A stretch of DNA of 64,000 bases from Candidatus Brocadiia bacterium (GTDB taxonomy: Bacteria; Planctomycetota; PUPC01; DSUN01). Below are positions 53,280 through 61,384 of this stretch, piece by piece. A program made the translations under genes and the position numbers. The stretch spans positions 7,642 to 71,641 of the forward strand of contig JBKHIY010000009.1 of NCBI GenBank assembly GCA_046538415.1, read 5' to 3'. Below the pieces are notes generated by a model. The model was not told the origin of the DNA. It saw only the letters and a program-made list of their open reading frames with translations, and did no database searches. Position 1 is the stretch's first letter; each line of letters starts with the position of its first letter.

Positions 53280-53294
53280 GCAAATGATGTGCCG
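53280..53294 (-). promoter_or_regulatory. sigma-54 -24/-12 promoter upstream of flgF
   Basis: Minus strand reads cGGCAC-atcat-TTGCg, about 63 nt upstream of the flgF ATG. Confidence 0.65.
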
Positions 53295-53528
53295 CAGCCC
53301 GGTTCCGAGCCGGCGGGGCCGGCCCGCGCCCCGGACCGCGGCCCCCGCGAAGCGGGCTAAGCCGCCCTCATGGCTGGAGATCCACCGTTGGGGAGAGCCC
53401 AGGAGGGGAGGGGAGGCGGGAAAAAAATGCCGCGCCCAGCCGCCAGGCCGGCGGGACGTCGCCGCGATGCCCATGACCGCGTTTTGATGCGAAACGCGCG
53501 CCAGGCCAACGCGGGAACAGCGACGTGG

Positions 53529-53978
53529 TCAGGAGCCCTCGGACGCCCCGCTGAGCCGGCGCACCAGCTCATCGAGGTCGCACGCGGCCACCTCCTGGTC
53601 GCTGATCGGGGGCATGTGGCGGAACTTCTCGAACTCCTGCCAGTTCGAGAACTCGACAAACGCCGAGGCAGGCAGGCGGTACTGCGGCTCCCGAGGCCGG
53701 GGGCGGGGCGGCAGCGGCGGGAGCACGGGCTTGCTGGGCTTCGCCTCCTGCGGCGGCGGCGAGGAGGGCTGCCCAGGCCCCTTCTCGGAAAGCCGGCGGC
53801 ATTCGCCCAGCAGCTCCACGATGCGGTCCCGCAGCAGCGACAGGCGCTGGAGCTGCTCGCGCTGGTGGCTCGTGGCCTTCTGCATGCGGCTCGCCGAATC
53901 GGCCAGGCGCTGGGCCGCAAGTCGAAGCGATATAACGAGTTGGAGAAGCGACGGGGCAGGCTCGTTGGGGGTCGACAT
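53529..53978 (-). CDS. hypothetical protein (149 aa), no recognisable family
   Basis: Inner part of ORF 53529..54419. ATG 53978 lies 8 nt after GGAGGA. It has an N-terminal helical segment (LLQLVISLRLAAQRLADSASRMQKATSHQREQLQRLSLLRDRIVELL), a Pro-rich linker, then FVEFSNWQEFEKFRHMPPISDQEVAACDLDELVRRL. Confidence 0.55.
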   Translation of the reverse strand: MSTPNEPAPSLLQLVISLRLAAQRLADSASRMQKATSHQREQLQRLSLLRDRIVELLGECRRLSEKGPGQPSSPPPQEAKPSKPVLPPLPPRPRPREPQYRLPASAFVEFSNWQEFEKFRHMPPISDQEVAACDLDELVRRLSGASEGS

Positions 53979-54033
53979 GGAAAACGTCCTCCGGGGTCTC
54001 GCCAGGAGACGAACCCCCAGGGGACGCATTGTA

Positions 54034-54062
54034 AGCCTAGCCCAAGATCGGCCCCCTGTCAA
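54034..54062 (-). promoter_or_regulatory. possible sigma-70-type promoter, TTGACA-17 nt-TAGGCT
   Basis: Minus strand has -35 at 54062-54057 and -10 at 54039-54034 (TAnnnT), about 56 nt upstream of ATG 53978. A GCCGATCT (sigma-28-like -10) overlaps the spacer, so the sigma assignment is ambiguous. Confidence 0.35.
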
Positions 54063-54269
54063 GGGTACTCGGGCGCTTTTTTCCGTCCCCTGACGCACTT
54101 TGCGCCGGGCGGACGCGATTTGCTGGTGCCCCGCACGCGCCGCGCGGCGCCGCCGCCGCCCGGCGAGGCCCCGGCGAGCCCCAGCGTCCGTGCGTAAGCC
54201 CATGCAGGAGACGCCGTTATGGCTTGCTCTGACGAGTCGCCTCGCTCCGGCGGCCCGGGGGCGCGTCGA

Positions 54270-54284
54270 TGGCATGCCGTTTGC
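54270..54284 (+). promoter_or_regulatory. sigma-54 -24/-12 promoter upstream of the fliY-like gene
   Basis: TGGCAT-gccgt-TTGC, about 68 nt upstream of ATG 54352. Confidence 0.6.
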
Positions 54285-54351
54285 CGCCCCGGGCAGACGA
54301 GGCCGCCGCCGGCCCCAGCGCCCTCGGAACCTCCCAGGAGCGAGCACCCCG

Positions 54352-55230
54352 ATGGCCGAAGACGAAGTATCCCAGGCGCTTACGCCTCTACTCCAGGCCG
54401 CCGCGGGCCGGGCCAGCAAGGAGCTGGCGGAATCGCTCGGCGCCGACCTGGAGGCCGACGCCGAACCCGCCGGGCCGCTGGGCGCCCAGGCACTGGCCGA
54501 CCAGGCCAGCGACGGCGCGGTGGTCCTGGCCGGCTCGCTCGCCGGCGCGGTCGAGGCCCCTATCCTCTTTTACATGGAGCGCGGCGACGCCATGCGGTTG
54601 GCCTGCCGCGCCCAGCAGGTGCCCGAGGAGCAGGTCGAGGAGCGGCTGGGGCAGGCCCCCGGGGAGGAAGACCTCGCGGCCATCGCCTTCGCCCTGGCGC
54701 GCATCGGCGCCGCGGCCTCCGCCGTGTGGGAGGAGCAAGCCCAGGGAGTCGCGTGGCCCTCCGAGCCCACCGACCTGAGACCCCAGCTCATCGACTCCCC
54801 CGAGGCCCTGGAGGAAGCTCTGGGCTCCCTCGGCGAGGAGGCCGAGCCGCTGGGCTTCCGCGTGCGACTGGGCGAGCCCGTGGGCGCCAGCCTGCTGCTC
54901 CTGGTCCCTGCCGCCACGGGGCGGGAGCTGGTCGGCGGGGGCACGCCCCAGGCCGGGGCGGCGAAGGGGCTGCCGCGGGAGCTGTCCCGGCTGCTGCGGG
55001 TGCCTTTCGCGGCGCGGGTGGTCATCGCCCGCCGGCAGGTGACGGTGCGGGAACTTCTCCAGCTCGCTCCGGGGCACGTCTTCGAGCTCCAGCGAGGCGC
55101 CCAGGAGCCCCTGGAGCTTCGCGCCGGGGAGAAGCTGCTCGCCCGGGGCGAGGCCGTGACGGTGGACGAGCGGCTGGGCTTCCGCGTGGCCGAGGTCCAC
55201 CGGGGCTCGTCCGAGGGCCGTAAGGGCTGA
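54352..55230 (+). CDS. FliY-like switch protein (CheC-like N-terminal region + FliN/SpoA C-terminal domain)
   Basis: Inner part of ORF 54100..55230, ATG 54352. The C-terminus LRVPFAARVVIARRQVTVRELLQLAPGHVFELQRGAQEPLELRAGEKLLARGEAVTVDERLGFRVAEV is a SpoA domain. The N-terminal ..EEDLAAIAFALARIGAAASAVWE.. is CheC/FliY-like by eye. Confidence 0.7.
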   Translation: MAEDEVSQALTPLLQAAAGRASKELAESLGADLEADAEPAGPLGAQALADQASDGAVVLAGSLAGAVEAPILFYMERGDAMRLACRAQQVPEEQVEERLGQAPGEEDLAAIAFALARIGAAASAVWEEQAQGVAWPSEPTDLRPQLIDSPEALEEALGSLGEEAEPLGFRVRLGEPVGASLLLLVPAATGRELVGGGTPQAGAAKGLPRELSRLLRVPFAARVVIARRQVTVRELLQLAPGHVFELQRGAQEPLELRAGEKLLARGEAVTVDERLGFRVAEVHRGSSEGRKG

Positions 55231-55549
55231 CCGCCCGTCCTCTCCCCTTTACATCCTGCTGTGCCGTTTCGCCTTCCCGCGCCTGGCAGGGCGGGCGAGG
55301 GGGCGGCGCTCCCCTTACATGCTTCTCTCACTCTCGGCCCGGCCGCGGCGATGTGGGCGGCGGCGTCGCCCTTGGGTAGCCGTGGGCCGGGGCCGAGCGG
55401 GAAAAGCTTTCCAGCGACGGGGCATGGAGTAGCCGGGCCGGCGGGGGAGCTGGGCCGGGGAGCGGCGGGGCTTGGCCGAAATCGTATCCTCGTGTTTTGG
55501 AATGCGTTACGCTCTTTCGCGAGGCTCGTGGGGGGCGTTCTGCGGCGTT

Positions 55550-55564
55550 TGGCACGGCGTGTGC
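55550..55564 (+). promoter_or_regulatory. sigma-54 -24/-12 promoter upstream of fliK-flgD-flgE
   Basis: TGGCAC-ggcgt-gTGC, about 53 nt upstream of ATG 55617. Confidence 0.6.
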
Positions 55565-55616
55565 ACGAGGGCGGGTCGCTTCTCTCGCCAGAAGCTCGGA
55601 ATCGGTCGGATCGCAC

Positions 55617-57344
55617 ATGCAGGAGATCGTGTTGAACGCTCTGTTGGGCGTTCCAGCAGGCCTCGCGCCCCCGCTTGCCGGGACATCCGGCGGCGGGGTG
55701 GACCGTCGGGGTCCGGCCGTGCGGTTCGAGACCGAGCTTCTGGAGCTGTCTTCCCCCGTCCTTTCTGCTCCCATCCTTACGCCTGCCGCTCCGACGGGCG
55801 CGCCGACCACCACGGTGTCCGTCGGGGGAGCGGCGCGTCCTGCGGGCGGCGCGGTTTACCGCCTGCGTCCGGCCGCGCCGTGGGCCTTGCTCGACGCGCA
55901 CGGAGGCGCCGGGGCGGGGCCGCAGGCTCTTGTTCCTTCGGGGCTCCGCTCGGCGGTGGTCCCGCGCCGCGGGTCTGAGGGGCTATCTCCCGCGAGGAGC
56001 GCGGCCGGGCCGAGCGAGAGCGTGGTGCCCTCCGTCCGTGCGTCGGAGGGGACCGGGGCGGCGACCGGCCCGCAGAGGACGGCGGGCCGCGTCGCGGCTT
56101 CCCCCGCCATCACCCTGGTTCACGTGTCGGATGCCGCGGGCACCGTGCCCGGCATCCCGGCTGGAGGCGACGGCGCCCCGGATGCCGCCCCGGCCTCTGC
56201 GAGCTTGCCGCGGTCCGCGAATGGGGGGCCGCGTGTGGCCCCGTCCGAGGCGCCGCTACCTGCGGGTGCGCCCCGCGCTGATGCGCCGCGCGGAGCGTCG
56301 GGCCTCGCCGCCGCGCCCGCCGAGGGCGGGGCAGCGACCTCGGTAGTGCCGGAGGGCGTGGGCGCTGCCGCGCTCCTGCACGCGGCGCACCGCTCGCCTG
56401 GCGCGCAGACCCCCGGCGGGGGCGAGCCGGGGACGCCGCAAGGCGCGGAGGCGTCCGCTCGGGCGTCCGCCGTGGCGGCCGCGGCCGTCGCCGTGCCTCG
56501 TGCCCCGCGGCCCGGCGGCGGGCCGGCGGGCGACTCGCCCACAGCCCCCGGCGAGGGCGCCGAGTGGGCCTACCAGGAATGGAGCCGCGGCGCGGCGGGG
56601 CAGGGCGAGCATCGGCCGGCGGCGAGAACATTTGGCATGGCGGAGGAGAATGCCCAGCCGTGGGGTCGGCGGGCCGGTGGCGCGGCGGGTGCGGCGACGG
56701 GCAGTCCTGCTGCCGCCGCCGGCCGCGCCACGGCCCGCCCCATCGCCGAGCCCCTCGGGGGCGACGACGCCGGGCCGTCGGCCCCCCGGCTGGCCGCCGG
56801 CGTCCAGGCACCCTCCGCCCCCATAGGCCAGCCCCTGGCCCCGCGCGAGGCCGCGGGCCACGAGCCGGGGGGCGAGCGCGTGGTGGAGATGGGCCAGCGG
56901 GAGGCGGGCCAGCGAGTGCCCAGCCTGCTCGCCGAGCACGCCCGGCTGGCGGAACGGGGGAGGGAGCAGGAGCTGCGCGTGCGCCTGCGTCCGCCGGACC
57001 TGGGCGAGATTCGCGTGAACTTCCGCTCCCGCGACGGCGTGCTGCGGGGCGCCATCCAGGTGGAGCGCCTGGAGGTGCGCGAGTGGGTGGAGGCCCGGCT
57101 GGCCGGCTGGCGCGAGGAGCTGAGCGGCGCCGGGCTGAAGGTGGACCGGCTCGAGGTCTCGCTGATGCCCCGGGAGGGCGGCGGGGACCACGGGCTGCCC
57201 GGCCGCGGCGACATGCCCCAGCCGCAGGACGCGGCCCCCAGCAGCCCCAAGGGCGCCTCGCCCGGTCCTGCCCCCCAGGCCGGGGGGCCGAGCCTGGGGG
57301 TGAACCTGGCGGGCCGCCGCGGCGGGATCGACTACTTCGCATAG
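55617..57344 (+). CDS. fliK: flagellar hook-length control protein FliK
   Basis: Inner part of ORF 55497..57344, ATG 55617. A long A/P/G-rich ruler region is followed by the Flg_hook domain ELRVRLRPPDLGEIRVNFRSRDGVLRGAIQVERLEVREWVEARLAGWREELSGAGLKVDRLEVSL. Confidence 0.8.
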   Translation: MQEIVLNALLGVPAGLAPPLAGTSGGGVDRRGPAVRFETELLELSSPVLSAPILTPAAPTGAPTTTVSVGGAARPAGGAVYRLRPAAPWALLDAHGGAGAGPQALVPSGLRSAVVPRRGSEGLSPARSAAGPSESVVPSVRASEGTGAATGPQRTAGRVAASPAITLVHVSDAAGTVPGIPAGGDGAPDAAPASASLPRSANGGPRVAPSEAPLPAGAPRADAPRGASGLAAAPAEGGAATSVVPEGVGAAALLHAAHRSPGAQTPGGGEPGTPQGAEASARASAVAAAAVAVPRAPRPGGGPAGDSPTAPGEGAEWAYQEWSRGAAGQGEHRPAARTFGMAEENAQPWGRRAGGAAGAATGSPAAAAGRATARPIAEPLGGDDAGPSAPRLAAGVQAPSAPIGQPLAPREAAGHEPGGERVVEMGQREAGQRVPSLLAEHARLAERGREQELRVRLRPPDLGEIRVNFRSRDGVLRGAIQVERLEVREWVEARLAGWREELSGAGLKVDRLEVSLMPREGGGDHGLPGRGDMPQPQDAAPSSPKGASPGPAPQAGGPSLGVNLAGRRGGIDYFA

Positions 57345-57354
57345 GGGACCGAAC

Positions 57355-57750
57355 ATGGCGTTCACCGAAGCCATCGGCAGCGCGTTCAAGGACTTCACCC
57401 AAGACACGTTCATGAAGCTGTTCCTCACCCAGCTCAAGCACCAGGACCCCATGGAGCCGATGGACAACTATGAGTTCACGTCCCAACTGGCTCAGATGGG
57501 GCAGCTGGAGCAGCTTTCGAACATGACCTCCCAGTTCGAGCAGGTGATGCGCTACCAGGAGTTCGGCTACGCCAGCCAGTTGATCGGCAAGGAGGTGGCC
57601 TACGTGTTGCCCGGGGCCGAGGGCCCGCGCACGGGCGTCGTGTCCGGGGTTCGTCTCCAGGACGGGGAGGTGCAGCTCGTGGTGGAGGACTCGACGGTTC
57701 CGCTTTCGTCCGTCACGGACATTCGGGAGGCCGAGCAGCCCCAGGCATAG
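57355..57750 (+). CDS. flgD: hook capping protein FlgD
   Basis: ORF 57355..57750. DTFMKLFLTQLKHQDPMEPMDNYEFTSQLAQMGQLEQL. Confidence 0.92.
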   Translation: MAFTEAIGSAFKDFTQDTFMKLFLTQLKHQDPMEPMDNYEFTSQLAQMGQLEQLSNMTSQFEQVMRYQEFGYASQLIGKEVAYVLPGAEGPRTGVVSGVRLQDGEVQLVVEDSTVPLSSVTDIREAEQPQA

Positions 57751-57778
57751 GGGCGGCCCCTGGCCAGGAGGAGCAACC

Positions 57779-59794
57779 ATGCTCGCATCGCTGACCACAG
57801 GTGTGACCGGACTTCGCTCCCACCAGCTCATGCTCGAGATGGTGGGCAACAACCTGGCGAACGTGAACACCCCGGCGTTCAAGTCCTCGCGCGTCACCTT
57901 CAGCGCCGCGCTGAGCGAGACCCTGCGGCCTGCCACGGGGGCCACCGACACCACGGGCGGGGTGAACGCCATCCAGCGCGGCCTGGGGGTGAAGACGGCC
58001 AGTATCGACGTCAGCTCCGCCCAGGGCACCATCGAGATGACGGGGCGCACCCTCGACCTGGCCTTCCAGGGCCCGGGCTACTTCGTGGTGGACGACGGAG
58101 CCCAGGACCTCTATACCCGGGTGGGCACCTTCAGCATCGACGCCGACGGCAAGCTGGTCCACTCCGCCACCGGCTTCCGCGCCCTGGACATCTACGGCCA
58201 GGCCATCACCATTCCCGCCAATACCCGCCTGGCCGGGCATCCCACGGAGAACATCTACATCACGGGCAACCTCGACGCGGCCTCCCTGCCGCCCCGCACC
58301 GAGGTCCACACCACCCGCACCCCCTTCACCACGGGGGGCGAGGCGGCGGTCGAGACTACCCCCATCAATCCCGTGGCCGAGGTGCTCGCCACGGACAGCG
58401 CCCTGGAGGTGGGCGGCAACCCCGCGGTGGCCGGCGACGCCCTCAACGACCTGGACGCCAATACCGCGGACTACGTCGATGGCGACGTGATCGAGCTCAC
58501 GGGCACCGCCATCGACGGCAGCGACGTGACCGCCGACTTCACCTACGGGGCGGGCGACGACGGCACCACCGTGGGCGAGCTCCGCGATGCCATCTCCGCC
58601 GCCTTCGCCGGGGCCACCTGTACCCTCGACGGCGACGGCAACCTGATGCTCACCGCCGACGACGAGGGCGCCGCGGAGCTGAGCCTCGCCCTGGCCGACG
58701 CCGCCGGGGCCACGGGAGCCACCACCTGGCCGGACGTCAGCGAGACCGTGGCCGGCAGCGACGGGCTCGACAGCGTGGATACGCCCTACGTGGACGGCGA
58801 TCAGATCTCCATCACCGGCATCGACGCCGCGGGCAACGACATCGCCGAGGTCTTCGTCTACGGCGCGGCCAACGACGGCACCACCCTGGGCGATCTCCGC
58901 GACTTCATCTCCAGCGCCTATCCCGACGCTGCCTGCACCCTGGACGCCGACGGCAACCTGGTGCTGACCGCCGACGAGGAGGGCCCCGCCGACCTGGCCA
59001 TCTCCATCGTCGACGAGGCCGGTGCCACCGGCTCCTCCACCTGGACGGAGCACGGCTTCAGCGAGACCACCCCCGGCGACCGGGGCGACACCTGGAACAC
59101 CACCATCTCCATCTTCGACACCCAGGGCAAGACCCACATCCTGTCCCTGGAGTTCGAGATGAAGGCCCAGAACACCTGGGACCTCACGGCCAGCATCCCG
59201 GAGAACGAGGGCACGCTGGTGGATTCCAAGATCGAGGGCATCACGTTCAACGAGGACGGCTCCTTCGGCCAGCTCGCCGGGGTGGGGGAGGGCGACCCGG
59301 GGATCAGCATCGACTTCCCCGGCCTGGGGGTGCACGACATCTCGCTGGACTTCGGCACGTCGGGCGGCTTCGACGGCCTCACCCAGTACGGGGGCCGCTT
59401 CTCCGCCGCCCCCACCCGCCAGGACGGCTATCAGGCGGGCACGCTGAGCACCATCTCGGTGCGTGAGGACGGGGGGATCCAAGGCACGTTCACCAACGGT
59501 CAGGTGAGCGACATCGCTACCCTCCAGGTGGCCACGTTCTCCAACCCCGAGGGGCTCCGCTCGGTCCGCGACGGCTTCTTCGCCAGCACGCCCAACAGCG
59601 GCCTGCCGCAGCCCGGGCAGGCGGGCCTGAGCGGGGCGGGGAAGGTGATCGCGGGGGCCCTGGAGGGCTCGAACGTGGACGTGGCCTACGAGTTCACCCG
59701 GCTGATCGTCGCCCAGCGTGGCTTCCAGGTCAACTCCCGGACCATCAGCGCCACCGACGAAGTGCTCGAGGAGCTGGCCCGCCTGATCCGGTAG
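57779..59794 (+). CDS. flgE: flagellar hook protein FlgE, enlarged (671 aa) with internal tandem domain duplication
   Basis: ORF 57779..59794. GVTGLRSHQLMLEMVGNNLANVNTPAFKSSR at the N-terminus, and ..LEGSNVDVAYEFTRLIVAQRGFQVNSRTI at the C-terminus. Confidence 0.95.
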   Translation: MLASLTTGVTGLRSHQLMLEMVGNNLANVNTPAFKSSRVTFSAALSETLRPATGATDTTGGVNAIQRGLGVKTASIDVSSAQGTIEMTGRTLDLAFQGPGYFVVDDGAQDLYTRVGTFSIDADGKLVHSATGFRALDIYGQAITIPANTRLAGHPTENIYITGNLDAASLPPRTEVHTTRTPFTTGGEAAVETTPINPVAEVLATDSALEVGGNPAVAGDALNDLDANTADYVDGDVIELTGTAIDGSDVTADFTYGAGDDGTTVGELRDAISAAFAGATCTLDGDGNLMLTADDEGAAELSLALADAAGATGATTWPDVSETVAGSDGLDSVDTPYVDGDQISITGIDAAGNDIAEVFVYGAANDGTTLGDLRDFISSAYPDAACTLDADGNLVLTADEEGPADLAISIVDEAGATGSSTWTEHGFSETTPGDRGDTWNTTISIFDTQGKTHILSLEFEMKAQNTWDLTASIPENEGTLVDSKIEGITFNEDGSFGQLAGVGEGDPGISIDFPGLGVHDISLDFGTSGGFDGLTQYGGRFSAAPTRQDGYQAGTLSTISVREDGGIQGTFTNGQVSDIATLQVATFSNPEGLRSVRDGFFASTPNSGLPQPGQAGLSGAGKVIAGALEGSNVDVAYEFTRLIVAQRGFQVNSRTISATDEVLEELARLIR

Positions 59795-59811
59795 GCCTCG
59801 TGGCCTCTGCT

Positions 59812-59849
59812 CCCGCCCGGCCCCGGCCCGCGAGGCGGGGCCGGGCGGG
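59812..59849 (+). terminator. 13-bp perfect-stem hairpin after flgE
   Basis: CCCGCCCGGCCCC (59812-24) pairs with GGGGCCGGGCGGG (59837-49), 18 nt after the flgE stop. Confidence 0.55.
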
Positions 59850-60103
59850 TGACCAAGGGCTAGACACCGTGGGCGGGTGGCTTGTCGGTTTTTCCTAACA
59901 GGCCGTAGGGTCTTGGGAGCGCGTCGGTTGCGGCGGCGCGGCCGGCGCGGAACGCAGCGCCCATGTCGGTAAAAGCTGAAAGATGCGCAGCGGCGAGGAC
60001 GCGGGGGAGCGAGGACTTGGCGGGGCCTGGGGCGACGTAACCGCCCTGCGAGGGGAGGGTTGCAGCTTCGCGCCGAGCGGGGGTGGGGCCTGCGGCGGCG
60101 GGG

Positions 60104-60118
60104 TGGCACAGCGTTTGC
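60104..60118 (+). promoter_or_regulatory. sigma-54 -24/-12 promoter (consensus-perfect) upstream of the EPS export locus
   Basis: TGGCAC-agcgt-TTGC, about 140 nt upstream of ATG 60259. Confidence 0.65.
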
Positions 60119-60258
60119 TCTGTAGCCTGTGGGCTGGGCGAGGACGGAATGTGAGCGGCGTGAAGCCCGCTTTTTGTTTGTCCGTCTGCTGTCCCAGACA
60201 ATCCAGGACAAGGCAGGACAGACTCAGACGCTGCCGACGCGCAGGAGGAAGGGAGCCG

Positions 60259-60456
60259 ATGGGCAGGAAGTCGAACGGCCGCATGACCATCAGCGAGGCG
60301 GCCAAGCGAGTGGGGGTATCCCCAAAGACCCTCCTTCGTTGGGAGAAGGCGGGCAAGGTCCAGAAGCCGAAGCGCGATTGGCGCGGCTGGCGGGTCTATG
60401 AGGAGGAGGACGTGAACGAGCTTCAGGCTTTCCACGACCGCTTGAGTCGTTGGTGA
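60259..60456 (+). CDS. stand-alone MerR-type HTH protein (BldC-like, 65 aa)
   Basis: Inner part of ORF 59983..60456. ATG 60259 follows AGGAGGAAGGGAG. It reads MTISEAAKRVGVSPKTLLRWEKAGKVQKPKRDWRGWRVYEEEDVNELQAF, a paralog of the protein at 42591. Confidence 0.7.
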   Translation: MGRKSNGRMTISEAAKRVGVSPKTLLRWEKAGKVQKPKRDWRGWRVYEEEDVNELQAFHDRLSRW

Positions 60457-60518
60457 GCGGCGCGGTTCCTGTCTACCCCTTTCGTTTGGACCCTCAAAGC
60501 TTGGGTTTGGAGAACGAG

Positions 60519-61304
60519 ATGACCGGCAAGGCTCACGTGTGGGTGATCGGGGTGCTCGGGCTGGCCCTCTGTGGGTGCTATCCGCGCCTGGAGTACGCGG
60601 ACCTGGAGAAGGAGTGGACGCGCCACGAGCTGCGCCAGCTCGAGAAGCGCTTCGAGCGGCTCAACGGGACCTACGAGATCGGGGTCCCCGACACCATCAA
60701 CGTCAACGTGCCCGACCACCCCGACCTGAGCGGGACCTTCGAGGTGCGGCCCGACGGCAACATCTCGTATCCCCTGCTGGGCGACGTCTACGTGGAGGGC
60801 CTCACCCCCATGGGGGTGAGCAAGATGCTCGCCGACCGCCTGGAGGCCTACGTGCAGAAGCCGGAGGTCCAGGTGACCGTGACCGGCTTCTACAGCAAGC
60901 AGGTCTACGTATTCAGCCGCGTGCGCCAGGGCGGCACCCGGTTCCCCTTCACCGGCGACATGAGCGTGCTCGACCTCATCGCCATGAACGGGGGATTCAG
61001 CCGGCTGGCCCGTGCGGACAAGCTTCGCCTGATCCGCGACGACCCCGAGGGAGCCCAGGTGTTCCGCATCTACGCGGGGCGGATGATGCGGGGCGACCTG
61101 ACGACCAACATCATGGTGAAAGAGAACGACACGCTCTACATCCCGGCCCACTGGTGGGCGGAGGTGGCCTTCGCGGCGGAGACCTTCTCCTATCCGTTCC
61201 GCGCCCTGGTCACCGGGCTCTACCACATCGGCGCCGCGCCGTACGAGGTCACCCGCGGTGCCCAGGAGTGGGAGCGGCGTAGAGAGGACATCGACGACCG
61301 TTAA
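60519..61304 (+). CDS. polysaccharide export protein (Wza/Poly_export + SLBB-like), probable lipoprotein
   Basis: Inner part of ORF 60450..61304, ATG 60519. N-terminus MTGKAHVWVIGVLGLALCGC. It reads YEIGVPDTINVNVPDHPDLSGTFEVRPDGNISYPLLGDVYVEGLTPMGVSKMLADRL..VTVTGFYSKQVYVFS. Confidence 0.8.
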   Translation: MTGKAHVWVIGVLGLALCGCYPRLEYADLEKEWTRHELRQLEKRFERLNGTYEIGVPDTINVNVPDHPDLSGTFEVRPDGNISYPLLGDVYVEGLTPMGVSKMLADRLEAYVQKPEVQVTVTGFYSKQVYVFSRVRQGGTRFPFTGDMSVLDLIAMNGGFSRLARADKLRLIRDDPEGAQVFRIYAGRMMRGDLTTNIMVKENDTLYIPAHWWAEVAFAAETFSYPFRALVTGLYHIGAAPYEVTRGAQEWERRREDIDDR

Positions 61305-61384
61305 GCGTGGCGTGTGCCGGCGGGCGGGGGCGACGCGTGGCGCCCCCGCCCCGGGCGCCGACCAGGAAGGGAGCACCGAGACCC

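Noticed and set aside
54028-54062. TTGACA paired with TACAAT as the promoter for the 149-aa ORF.
   Set aside because: The spacer would be 23 nt. The TAGGCT hexamer at 17 nt is the better -10 candidate.
59850-60258. The 460-nt flgE-to-MerR spacer and ORF 59860..60435 (-) considered as a hidden gene or ncRNA.
   Set aside because: The ORF is biased in composition and has no SD. The spacer is explained by the terminator hairpin plus the sigma-54 promoter and leader. No recognisable RNA family signature is seen.
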